Shown here one piece after another: positions 26,929 to 39,632 of a stretch of 64,000 nt of DNA. Both the position numbers and the translations under genes were made by a program. Below the pieces are notes generated by a model, which had not been told where the DNA came from, made no database searches, and saw only the letters and a list, made by a program, of their open reading frames with translations. The stretch's first letter is position 1. Each line of letters opens with the position of its first letter. This DNA is from Octopus bimaculoides (lineage: Eukaryota): NCBI RefSeq assembly GCF_001194135.2, contig NC_068989.1, positions 94,691,223-94,755,222 of the forward strand. Direction: 5' to 3'.

Positions 26929-26969
26929 GCCTTTTAAGGCGCAGAAACGGCGGAGACAATTTTGAAACT
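26462..26969 (-). mobile_element. LINE 5'UTR and ORF1 N-terminus (second copy) with expanded (GA)n; may extend to ~27260
   Basis: ORF 26492..26749 MDAGSVAAAVNPNLPTTTTTTNTLDTEQQQRGFASMAKPRNEF..; (CT)n at 26849-26920 replaces a ~5-unit tract in the other copy. Confidence 0.75.
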
Positions 26970-27599
26970 TTTTTGGCTGTTTTCCAACAGCAGACTGAAA
27001 AAGTCAAAAAGAAAGGAAGTGCTGACACTCTTCTCCAAGGACATTTTGCAAATTTTAGAATTGAAAAATGATAACAATGAAAATTTAAATTGAAAATTCC
27101 CTCCAAAAGGGGTAAAGTCCCGTCAGCAAGGTCCCAGTCGGCCTAGCCACAGAAGTATCGTAAAACAATTTCAGATACTATCTGTAAAAATTGAACAAAA
27201 ACTTACAGCTCACGAACACACGTCCTTCTTCTTCGAAATCCACGAGCAGAGTCTGATATAATACTACTAATAATAATAATAGTAATAGAGGAGAAAACTT
27301 TAGGAATGCGAATTATAAATATATGACATTAATATTTAAAGAGGTAAATGCAAAGACAGAGAATAGATTTTCCACAAACTTTAGAATCTAAGTATTCTTT
27401 TATTCATTAATTTCTTTTTGGTAATGTGCAGTCAAAATCTCACCTTGCGTCTCTGCTTCTAGCCAAAGATTTTGAGTCAGTCTTTGGTTTTCACTCTTGC
27501 TTAATTCCGCTCAATCGAGTCTTGCGGACTATTGGTCATCGAATGACATTTTTCTCTTTATTAATTCTTTAGTATAGTCTGGAATACCTTTCAAATTCG

Positions 27600-30320
27600 T
27601 CTCTTTTTTTGTTGTTGTTGTTTTTATCCTTGTCAAAATATTTTTTTTTCAACAGTCTGCTTACTTTCCAGTTTGTATCTTATTGTTTACTTGTTTACAT
27701 TTTTTCCGTGTTTCCTTAGTTTTTTTTTCCTTTTGTATATTCCTAATCGTAATCTTACTTTGATACAGTTTTGTATTTCAGTCAGATTCTCTGCACGTTA
27801 TATTGTTTGCAGTGTATTTATATCGTTGAGTATGGCGGCTGGTTGTAGAGAGTATTCTCTATATTGTTCTGGTATGCGCAGAGACACTGGGTTTATATGG
27901 TATTGTTTACAGAATGGTCAGAGAATATGAGTATGGCATCAACTACAAACTAAACTTACATATTTTTGGGTGAAGGTGCGCGAAGTTCGCATAGATACAG
28001 GTTGATTGAATAAAATGTGTAAGAGAGCTGATCCTTGTGGTACCATTCTCTAAACCGAATTTCCGGAAATGCTATCCTTTTGCAGTACATAGGTAAGACG
28101 GCACATCACGTAGTTTGCTAGCTAATGTTTTATACGATTTTTCATTGAGGTGATGTTGAATGAGTGAAATGGAATCGAAGGATTCCCTCATGAATGCAGA
28201 CGTTGCAATGTTCAGTGGGCGAGGTATTTGTATTGAAGCATCTATTTATTTAAAACTGAATTTTGTGAGTAGAATATGGTTTGAGTTCAGCATTCAGCAG
28301 ACCGAATCCATTTTGTGTTGTAGTGAAGAGAATGTGTGGGTCTGATGTAAAAAAAAAAGGTATCCTTCATTAAGACTTGTTATAGGTTTCACATATGAGG
28401 ATAGGCAGAATTGGCCTGGTATAATTTCATCTCGGGTTCTTTTGAGCTTTAGAATAGTTATGAATTAAGCCTGTCGATACGAGTAGATGTATATTGCTGA
28501 CAGCAGTGATGCATTTAGGTCCTGTTTCTTTTAGGTGTGTTTGCGATGTTTTCAGGCTCTGAGTTTCTAGATATCTTTATTGTTTTGTGTGTGTACTGGA
28601 GTTAAAACGCGGCATGTGCTGATCCTTCCCTTTGTGTTCCTGTTTTCTCTGAACGGACTTTGGGGGATGTTTTTTTTCTTTCTGTAAATCCCCGATAAGG
28701 GCGTTTGTTTGTTTGTTTGTTTGTTTGTTGTCGGTGTTGTTGCTAAAGTTGACAATGATGGTGTCGATGACGATGGTCTTGATAATTATAATACTATACA
28801 GTGTTTCACTATTAGTTTTGCGGCTTCTTCTTTCTGTGCGAACGGATTTGTCAGTTATCAGTAGGGGGTGGGGGTCTGACTCATGTTTATTTTGTTAGTT
28901 GTTAGATACTAAATTGTATTTGGGTTGCGTCTGATTTTGGTGTATTTTGTTTGTGAATGTAAAATATTTTATTTCGATAAAGGCGCTTCTTTTTAATACT
29001 GCTAGTATTCTACGTTTACGCTTTCTCTTCCATATTACTTATGTCTGCTTCTCTCCTTCATTTCTGTATGTTGTATTTGTTTCATGAACTACTAATTCTT
29101 TTATAAGGTTATTTGCTTCATAATTATTTCATGGGGATTCTTGAGATCTTGAGAAGTGGTTGAGCTCTTAATTCCTAATTCCAATCACCACGTCTAATTT
29201 AATGGTCATATTGTTAGTTATTTTGTTTTTTCTTTACAGCAGTTTTGTCACATCATTTGTCAATTTCCATATTCAATTGTTATGTGCTTTTAATTTATAA
29301 ACGATTTTTTAGTAAGTTTCCTTTAGGGGTGTTGACCACTATGAATATATCTAAGTCATCTATATAAGGAGATGAGTTGCAGTTTGCCTGTCACATCTAT
29401 ACACAATACGGAGAATGTTTAGATATGTTAATAGTGCTAGATTGAAGAAAGTAGGAAAAATGTGTCTCCCTGATAGATTCAATATGTGACTGGGTATGAT
29501 ATATTATTTTTCTATTTGAAGACGATGGTTTAATGTTTTCTATAAGTATTGGGTATGTTGTGCTCGGGTGAAATATCTACATCAAAGAGTTCGGTAATCA
29601 AAACTAGCTATGCAAACGTCTGTTTGATTCTTTTTGCTATTATCTATAATATCTTGATGCACCAGTATCTACTCTTTATCACCATATTTCTTTCTCGCGA
29701 AGCTTTCTTCACATCTGCTAATGCTATTGTTCCCCAATGTGCTGTCAGTCCTTTGTTACATAAAGGTTTTGTATGTTACTGGAAAGAAAGTTATATCGTA
29801 GTAGTTTTAGTGGTTTCTGGTTTGTATATTTTGTGAGGCGGAATGCTGCTTCCCATTCAATCAGCTCTTTAGAATTGATTTTGGTCTACTCACCGGTCCA
29901 TTTGTTGTAATCAGGCGTTTAAACCAGAAATTGGGGACCTTTTCATTCTCAGAGGTTTTCTTGTTGCTAGCAATTATTAATGTTGACAGGTTCCTTCCTG
30001 GTTGTAGCGAAAAAGCCTTGTGCTTCTACTATCATTATTTTTCCGCTTCGATTGTAATCCATAATGCATTATTTTAATGGTTTCCTTTTCACATTCCTCC
30101 TCGCAAATTTCCACTCCTGTTGCTGTGCCATGAAGTGATATGTTCTATTCTTTAATGTCTCTGAGACCTCTATATTTCATGCAGATTACTTATTCTGGGC
30201 GAAATGCTCATATTTTACTTTGCATTATATCATGCATTCTGTAGCTGATATGATTTGCTTAAGCTTTGCTTATCATTCGACTATATCTGTTGTTTTTCTT
30301 ATTTTTATTATTCTTCTTGT
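27600..30320 (-). mobile_element. Ancient L1/Tx1-like RT remnant with A-rich 3' end
   Basis: Manual minus-strand translation gives decayed RT motifs in the correct order: TLII..NFW.RLITT (~29.95 kb), IALADVKKA (~29.71 kb), YIDDL (~29.38 kb), NASLLSAIY (~28.5 kb), LFTTTQNGFGLLN (~28.3 kb). Confidence 0.55.
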
Positions 30321-33300
30321 GAAAGATCAATCACAAACCTCGGCTGAGAGTTAAATAATACAATGGACAAACAAAAATGGTCAGAATTTATATTTTTACA
30401 AATACGAATTTTTCATTTCAAAAGCAATAAATTTCAATACATCAAATGAATCTAAATGAATCAAATGCATTCGGTTTGTTTTTAATTCGATCTTCGTGTT
30501 AATACTAGCAATACTATGAATATATATAAATCTAACCAAGAAAATAAACTAAGATAACTTATAAAGTACAGAATTTCCACGAATCCTGCTAGTCTTTGAT
30601 ATTATTCCAGTTTCCACGGTATATCTTTCCTTGCACTTGAAAGAGACTCAAACGCGTCACTTTAAACAGAATGTAAAAGTTAAAACATATTAATTTGAAA
30701 GAAAGTAAATGTATTTACGGGATCAAGCGTTCATAAACGTATATTGATATTTCTTGGAAGTAGAAATGTACGTCACATCATCTTAGGACTTGTCATAAAG
30801 TGCATATTCACCTTGTCAAAGAAATCCCTATATTTATATGAATAATCTGAATATGCTTTGGAACTATTTGGAACTATTTCCCTTGCGTGCATAACGGTTT
30901 TTGATCTAGGGAATATTTAAAATACTTACTGTTCCGTTTCCTGTTATAAATCTCTGAAGTTTCAAATCGATACAGTAAAAATAGAACTTTCAAGAAGGCG
31001 ATAATGAGATTGTACCGTTTTGGAAATGCATTTCAAATTCCATTTTTTGCAATAGTATTATTTTATGAAATATTATGCGATCCATATTCAGGATATGTGA
31101 AGTACGCTGCCCGTAAGTAGCCTTACTGGACAAAAAGCCTCCGTTTTATCAAATATCTTAAGCTATTTTCTACAAATGTCACAACTGTTTTTAATTCGCC
31201 ATCAGAATCTCTCACGCCATTTTATAAGCTCCATTCATTTTGGCAGTTCTAAACCATGCCAAATTCATTACATTTATAATTAACGTCGACATTTAAAAAA
31301 TACTGAAAGACGGGAAGTTACTTCGAATTGACGATTATTGTTTTATTCCCATCGGCTGCATAATTCTTTTTTTAAAAAAGGCTCAGCAATGATACTAGCA
31401 TGGTATAAAGGGATTTTGCAGAAGTCCGCAGTAAGTATTGGCTATTTATAACAAATTTCGTTTAAGTTCAGGAAGCCTTTCCTGGGTCAAAGGCATACAT
31501 TTTCTTAGCAACAAACACTTAGTTTTAGGATAACGTGTCCATGTCTTCTTCCAAATGTTACGTTATTTCCATTACAGTGGCGTGTAAGAACAGAGGACTT
31601 CGTGCAAGGTCGCAAACTTTTTTCTGCCTGTCGCTGGTGAAGTTCTAAACTTACAATAGAAGAGAGAATTATCGAGTAAGTGGTTGGCTCTGAATGAATT
31701 CCTATTGCCATTCCATCAAGGTACTTTCTGTTTCCGCAGGTTTGAAGATAATATCGTCCTGGCTGCGGACTTTCCGCAGAGCTTTGAAAAAGATTTAATA
31801 TCCTGCCACTAAGTGAACATGTACAAAACATAGAAGCAATTATTGAGGAATAAACTAAACTGAGTTTCGTTCATCCAAACTTGCTGTTTAGCGTGAATAA
31901 CATAATTTACAGTTGTTAAAAGCTTCATCGATCCTGGGTTAAAACGTTCAGCATCATCGATCGAGGGTTCAATGAAGGAGACCTTTAATTAAGTCTGTCG
32001 GGAGAAATAGAAATAAAGTCTCGTTTGTCGAACTTGCTTAGCTTCTATAATGAGGACGGTTTATTCAGTGTCCGTGAGAAGGAGATGATCTATCCAATCC
32101 AACTCTCTCCCAAAATCTCTAGCTTTGTTTCTCAACCTCCTCTTTCACACGCGTTCGCAAAACTAATTCTTTATCATTTCCCAGATTTTTTAATATTCAC
32201 TTCATTCTCATGAAGTAATTACGAAGAGAAAGTTAGAAAATTTACTCAGTAGTGGTAAAGAAACCAACTCGTTTCCAAACATTAGAAATTCGTCTCCAAA
32301 CTATATTACCATTACAGTTTCACAATAAATACAGTTTTAATTTAAGTCGAGCACCACTATATCGTCTGGATTCTGAATATTAACTATATGCACAATATTT
32401 AAAGTCAGACGAAAAGTAGTTTACCCAACCAAATTTGCTCCCGCAAAACAACTGAAAGTTATTGACAGGTTTATTGCTATAACACTTTCTATCTTTCAAT
32501 GTTCAATATTGATAGTAGACACGCTCTAACTATGTTGAAAGGGTATAAACTTCTCAGTTAATATTAGATTTCTCTGTTTTCAATGGGATTGTTGATATTT
32601 TTTCCTTACCGAACTGCTCTCTCTAGTCATTGTTTTTCTCAGCATTTTCTCATTTATTTAATATATCACTTGATTCGCTACTCATTCAAAATCTGCTGCT
32701 ATCTTACTCTATGATTTCAGTGCATTTTACATTTGGCAACTCTTATCACTTTACTCTCATATAAGACATTCATTTTAGAAATGCACACGTTTATTCCGTT
32801 CGGTTTCATATCATCATCAGCTTTTAAATTATTTATTTTTGTAATATCTTTAGTAATTTTTTAAAAATTCTAAATCAGATATATTCACAGTAATTTTTTC
32901 TTGCCGTTGGTCTCAGGGAATCTAACTTTCTTGAAACTATTTCAATATGCAGGTATTCTATGATCATATCTCGCTTGCTGAGATTAAAATATATATTAGC
33001 GTTAGTTTTGAGATCTTATCTCAGGGGAATGTATTTATCATCTTTTCCAGAAAATGTTCTGATTTGTGTAATATAGCAAAGTGTATATATGTGTAAATGA
33101 GTATGTCCATGTGGTGCAAAATCCTATGTATGGAATTATGAATATATATATATATANNNNNNNNNNNNNNNNNNNNNNNNNNNNNNNNNNNNNNNNNNNN
33201 NNNNNNNNNNNNNNNNNNNNNNNNNNNNNNNNNNNNNNNNNNNNNNNNNNNNNNNNNNNNNNNNNNNNNNNNNNNNNNNNNNNNNNNNNNNNNNNNNNNN

Positions 33301-33681
33301 NNNNNNNNNNNNNNNNNNNNNNNNNNNNNNNNNNNNNNNNNNNNNNNNNNNNNNNNNNNNNNNNNNNNNNNNNNNNNNNNNNNNNNNNNNNNNNNNNNNN
33401 NNNNNNNNNNNNNNNNNNNNNNNNNNNNNNNNNNNNNNNNNNNNNNNNNNNNNNNNNNNNNNNNNNNNNNNNNNNNNNNNNNNNNNNNNNNNNNNNNNNN
33501 NNNNNNNNNNNNNNNNNNNNNNNNNNNNNNNNNNNNNNNNNNNNNNNNNNNNNNNNNNNNNNNNNNNNNNNNNNNNNNNNNNNNNNNNNNNNNNNNNNNN
33601 NNNNNNNNNNNNNNNNNNNNNNNNNNNNNNNNNNNNNNNNNNNNNNNNNNNNNNNNNNNNNNNNNNNNNNNNNNNNNNNNN

Positions 33682-33730
<49 letters not shown>

Positions 33731-36299
33731 TATAAGATATATATATTATATAAAGATATATTTGGGTGAGGGGATACTTTCCAATATTACCACCAGAAAT
33801 ATAAACTTGATTAAATATTTAACCTGGCGAGATCTTCTATATGTTACGTATTTCTTTTTGTACACCTGAATGCAGTATAATTAAGATTTCCGAAACCATG
33901 TAATTATTTTTTTTGTCATGCCACATTCCTTCTTTCGAGCAGCTTATATATGCGGAAATACAAATGAATACAAATTCTTGTAAATGTTCTCGACTTTTTC
34001 TCCTTAGTTGATTTAGTTAACCAATGAAAAAGATTTACCAAAAGATTATTCCCGAGAAAATAATCTACTGAATTCTAAACACACAAGTAGAAAGAACGAA
34101 AATCTAATCGATATAAGAAAGGGATAGTATTGTATCTAATAACGAAATAGTCATTTCATCTTCAAGTAATATTTTGTAATATTGAAATGCCTGAAATGCT
34201 AATTTCAGTTCTGACAAAAGTTATTGGACAAGTTATTAAAAATCAGATTTTTCTTCTACTTTGCATTATTTATTTATTTTTTCAGACACGTATTTTATTT
34301 TCAAGTCTGTTTTCAAAACAAAATTTTAAATCGAATCAGTTTTAGGTACTGAGATATTTACTTTCAAATTTTTCACTTGAAAGAATATAAAAGAATATGT
34401 AAAAACAATATTCCTTTTGGCGTTTTATTTTTATAAACTCAACTATGGATTTTTTTTTTTTTAATTACTGTGCTATTATGAGAAGATCTTCTCGGTCTAT
34501 TTCTTCACTAGAACAACTTTAGTAATGGTGGCTTTTAGGAATTTGCTACTGTATTGTTAATATTCAATAGTTAGATTCATAGGAATTAATAGATGGCTAG
34601 TAAATTCGTCTAAGCGTGTCGCTCCCTGGTCTTATAATTTTTATACGTTTTGTTCTAGTTAAATCAATAAACTGTCCAACACTATGAAATTTCAAATTAA
34701 AGATAAAGCAATCCAAAATAATAATAAATTATTATTAAGGTTCTAGAAATAGTAAATAAAAAAGTTCTCAGTGCATGAATTAGGTTTTTACATTTGATTA
34801 ATGTTACCTCTATATTTTATAGTAGATATTTGTTGTTACGACTTGAGATTCAGACGTCGTTTGCAAAGTTTCGTAATATACGCAACAAGAAACTTACATT
34901 ATTATACTTCAACACTAGCAAAAATGTTGGACCAAATGTAGCAAGAGAACGAAAAAATATTTTCATTTTCTACCTGATATTAAGTATCACGATATTCAAA
35001 ATAAATATAAGTATTAAGTGCTTATCTTCTCCGCATAAAATAGACGGTAGCATTCCACTCTACAGTCAACAAAAATAGGAAGGTAGATTACCTACCATAG
35101 AATAAACTTGTTCCATTGATTTCATGAAGATATCATAATGTTCTTTCTTTCAGCTATACAAATTAGTAACATGTACACTGGTATCCCCACTCTTTACGAT
35201 AAGCATCTAACGCTTAGCGTCTGAAACAAGAAAATACTAGCCATTCCTCATGATACTCTGTAATTATATTCAATATCGTTAATATCATTGTATCTACAAT
35301 TATAACACAATGTTTTCCAATATCACACAGTTATCATGATAACTTTCTTCATAAATAGCTACCTCATTGAACTACAAGCATGTTGCATTTTTGTCAGGAA
35401 GCCTGACAATCAATATCCTTTTGCGATTATAGTTCTTGAGAATTACTTATTCCTGTCATTTATATGATAGGTATCTTCATGTTTCCTATGACCCTTAACC
35501 AAGTTAAACTTCAGCACAAATTAGGAAGTATGTTCATTAAAGCACTGGTAGGAAAACATAGGTCGCTACGTGTACTATAGCAACTCGATTTTTTTGCTGC
35601 TATTTTTCTGTCTCAAGATTATTTGTTAGGTCAAATCGACATGCCTAACCAAACAGATTCCACGCTTGGTAGATTTACTTCGTGATTGCTACCAGAAAAA
35701 CACAATTTGCAATTTAATCTCATCTATTATTATGATGTGCATTCTCGCATTTATCTCATCCAGAAAAAATAGCTTTCTTATCTCCCTTTCTTTTCTTTTT
35801 TTTTTTAAGTTACCTTTCAAGATTGGGAAGAAACATTAACGTTTGCAGTTGTATTATGTTTTTATTTCTTTGGATTGTTCTTTTTTTATTGGGGAAGGGT
35901 GTATAGCAAGATAAGGAAATATCACCCAAAGTTTATATTTTCATAATATACTTAAATGAACTAAAAATCTAACGTTATCTAATTTCTATATTTGTACTCC
36001 ACATTCTTCAGAACTTTACTTTCCCGAATATTTTTTATTAAAAAAATTCAATCCAGAGTGAAGATATATTAGAAAAAATATCTCTACCAAAAGTTTCTTG
36101 CTAAATAAAGATATAGAGAGACGAAAAACGTAATGTGATATTAGAAGAAAAGAGTAGACATGGCGCATTCTTGACAAATTAATTTCTTACTGAAAAGAGA
36201 AGCCTTAAAATCTCTACTGATAAATCAATGTGTATACTCGATCTCAAATATACTGTTACAAACACTGTTACACTAGTTATATATGGAAATTTACCTGTA

Positions 36300-36405
36300 G
36301 AATATGGACAATTTCAGAACGAACATGGACGATTTCAAAACGAACGTAGACAATTTCAAAACAAACGTGGACAATTTCAAAACGAACGTGGACAATTTCA
36401 AAATG
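36300..36405 (+). repeat. 21-bp minisatellite, ~5 copies (AACGAACGTGGACAATTTCAA)
   Basis: Directly visible; translates as GQFQNER repeats in ORF 36228..36545. Confidence 0.9.
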
Positions 36406-36703
36406 TCCTTGAACTATCAGTTCCAGTGAAGAGATTGACGGTCCGGATGAAAAATTCACAAGGCGCAGCAATAAATTACCAAATTGACCAAACTGCACAT
36501 AGAATACTCCTTTTATGTTCTCGCTCACTTACTACAATTTGTTGAGTGTGGTAATTATAAAAAAAGAGCAGTCAGTGGCAGAAGGATACTTTCTGGTCAT
36601 TGGACGAATCGGATCGTGTCTCAGTCTCAGTTATTAGCGACTTAATGCTATCTGCTTACAAATTGTCTTTCAAATATTTTGAACAGAAAATTTAAATATG
36701 TTC

Positions 36704-36930
36704 TTTCTTTTATTCTTTTATTTGTTTCACTCATTTGACTTCGGCCATGCTGGAGCATCGCCTTTAGTCGAACAAGTTGACCCCAGGACTTGTTCTTTGT
36801 AAGCATGGTACTTATTCTATCGGTTTCTTTTGCAGGACCGCTAAAATACGGGGACATAAACACACCAGCATCGGTTGCCAAGTGATGTTGAGGGGACAGA
36901 CACAGACACACAAACACACACACACATATA
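36704..36930 (-). mobile_element. CORE-like SINE 3' half
   Basis: TTTGTTTCACTCATTTGACTTCGGCCATGCTGGAGCATCGCCTTTAG..GACATAAACACACCAGCATCGGTTG is the reverse complement of the 18100-18270 tail. Confidence 0.85.
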
Positions 36931-37067
36931 TGATGTGCTTTAACTATAGTATTAGAGCATTTTAACTTTTATTTCTAGCAATGTACGTATTCTAACGCCC
37001 TAGTCATACTTAGCGGCAATTATAGTTTACTTTTTGGTAAAACATTGCACAATGTTGACCATATTAA

Positions 37068-37131
<64 letters not shown>

Positions 37132-37134
37132 CAA

Positions 37135-37980
37135 GAAATGAGGGCAGGGAATCGTCAATTAATAATAGAATTAACAATTAACAATTTTGCCAAGTAGTTC
37201 AGTATGAAAAAAACCTTTATCGGTAAGACCATTTATCATCATAAATATAAGGGATTAGCAATTGAGTTGCTTCTCCAACATACTGAAAATTTAGAAATAG
37301 CAGTCAAAGAACTACTGATTCCAAACTACAAATTTTTCTCTAAAATATATATATATATATATGAAATTTAATATGGTCAGCATTGTGCAATATTTCGGGA
37401 TCACCACTACTTTATTATCTCCCCTTATGCCTAGCTCTCCTGTGTGACTCCTCTGTCTGGCATTCGCTATGATAGATCGCTACCTACTACACATCCTTTA
37501 ATTTCTCTCCTTGTTTCTTTCTGTGTTCCTTTCTGTGGAAGAGCGTAGGCTCGAAACATTAAAGACTTTTTCACTTCCCGTGGAATATGAACTATTTTTT
37601 TCGAACAACGACAGACACAAATGGAAAACAAGACAAATAACATAAAGAACGATCCTTCATTAGTTGTAGGCTATTTTTCTACTTTCATACGTCAAGCATT
37701 TAATAACAATATACGCTTTCGATAAAACAGTTGCTCCCGCAAAGCAAATTAACTAAAACTTGGGATTTTGTGGTGGGTCAAAATTGGTAACACAAACAGG
37801 ACAGTGAAAACAAACATGAAGGGTTGTAAAGCCTAAACGAGGTGGTTGTGCCGAACGCGTAAATCAAGCTAGGACAGGAGACAAAGAAGAACACGTCTTC
37901 CTTGCTCCAGCTACAATGGAGAGAAAGAAAGATACACAAGTTAGGAGAAGATAGAAAGATGGCCGATATTATTTATAATA
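37135..37980. mobile_element. Penelope-like terminal-repeat fragments (composite)
   Basis: Hammerhead-like motif at 37533-37566 in a pyrimidine-rich block, followed by a purine-rich block of apparently opposite polarity; family assignment is an inference and boundaries are approximate. Confidence 0.4.
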
Positions 37981-38134
37981 TCATATGAATGAACGCCACG
38001 CATTCTCTTCCAAGTAAGTTTTATCTTAATAATTCTGATGCGCACTCTATACGATCTTTTTACTCCGTTTTTCTCTCTTTCTCTCTCTTATTCTTTTACC
38101 TCCTCTTCTCACTCTATTTTATCCTATTACCCTG

Positions 38135-38169
<35 letters not shown>

Positions 38170-38374
38170 CTCTCTCTCTCCCTCACTCCTTCTCCCTTGC
38201 TCATGTGGCTTCCACCTGACCATCTTCTAACTGAACAGATATGGTGTTTTTACACCTTTTGACCAAAATAGAGAACTTTTTCCACGGGAATTTCAGTGTA
38301 TTTGCATTTAGAATTTTAAATGTTACATATTTTAACTGACCTAAAGTTCACACACACACATACACACACACACA

Positions 38375-38587
38375 TGAGAGGAGTGCTGAAAATTTCTTTT
38401 AAATGTGTCGCGCAAGGCCTGACTGGAGCCCCAGCCTCCGAGTTCTTTTACAAGGTTTAGAAAAACTGAAGGACTGCTACAATAAGTGCGTGAATCTGAG
38501 AATGGAATATGTTGACTAAAATAATAATGAACTGATCCTCCTGTATTTTCTTTTACCCAAGGCTAGGAACCTTACAGCATCCTCTCA
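38375..38587. mobile_element. Mariner-derived MITE (~213 bp)
   Basis: Imperfect TIRs TGAGAGGAGTGCTGAAAA / TTACAGCATCCTCTCA; interior retains a transposase C-terminal signature (GLEKLKDCYNKCVNLRMEYVD*). Confidence 0.65.
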
Positions 38588-38595
38588 GACGTATA

Positions 38596-39313
38596 TAAGG
38601 TAGTATCAAAAGGTTACCAGACTAGTTCTGTTGCAAGTTGTGAAATTTGTGTTTTTGTGATTACGTGTATGTTGTATTCAGCGATTTTGTCATGGATAGG
38701 AACAGAGTGCCAATGAGAAACGTTGCGTCGAACTGGGGAGTATGCTTCGGCAAGCTTACGTCGACGAGGCAATGGGTTGCGCGCATTGTTTCAAGCGGTA
38801 TGGATGCTTCAAGAGCGGAAGAGCCGTCCCTGGAAGATGATGACCGATCTGGAAGACCTGCCACGAGCGTTACACAGGGCCAGACCGGCAATCGAGAGCT
38901 CTAGCCCGACGTTTCAAAGCACATGCAGGAGACATTCAGCAAAAGTGACGGGATCTGTGAAGCACGAACAATTAGATTCTTCACTCGTGAGTTTCTCGCC
39001 GAAAACAACATCGTGTCGCTTCTGCACCCGCCCTATTCGCCCGATTTAGCACCTGTGGACTTCCATCTCTTCCCCAAAACGAAAATGCCGCTCAAAGGGC
39101 GTCGTATTAACATCGTTATCGAGATCTAGTGTAAATCACAGAAGGTCTTTGACTCGCTTACGGAAAACGACTTCCAGACCGGATTCCGAAAGTGGGAGGA
39201 ACAGTGGGACCGATATATTGCTGCACGAGGTGATTATTTCGAAGGAGATGATATCAAAACTTAAGTAAATATGTTATTTTTTATATTAAACATAACTAGT
39301 CCAGAAACGTTTT
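38596..39313 (+). mobile_element. Internally deleted mariner element
   Basis: TIR core TCAAAAGGTTACCAGACTAGTT (left) vs AACTAGTCCAGAAACGTTTTGA (right); HTH remnant SLEDDDRSGRPATS and catalytic end HPPYSPDLAPVDFHLFPK..GDYFEGD; central DDD region absent. Confidence 0.85.
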
Positions 39314-39520
39314 GAGCTGGCAGAAACTTTAGCATGCTAGGCGAAATGCTTAGCGGTATTTCGTCTGTCTTTACGTTCTGAGTTCAAATTCCACCGAGGT
39401 CGACTTTGCCTTTCATCCTTTCGGGGTCGATAAATTAAGTTCCAGTAGCGTACTGGGCTCAATCTAAACAACTGGCCCCTCCCCAAAAATGTCGGGCATT
39501 GTGCCTTGAGTAGAAAAGAA
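39314..39520 (+). mobile_element. Meta-like tRNA SINE
   Basis: GAGCTGGCAGAA..GAGTTCAAATTCC..GGTCGACTTTGCCTTTCATCCTTTCGGGGTCGATAAATTAAG..GAGTAGAAAAGAA. Confidence 0.9.
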
Positions 39521-39564
39521 TAATAACGTTTGTCTTGCCTTAACGTTTGTTGTCCTCTTTAACA

Positions 39565-39632
<68 letters not shown>

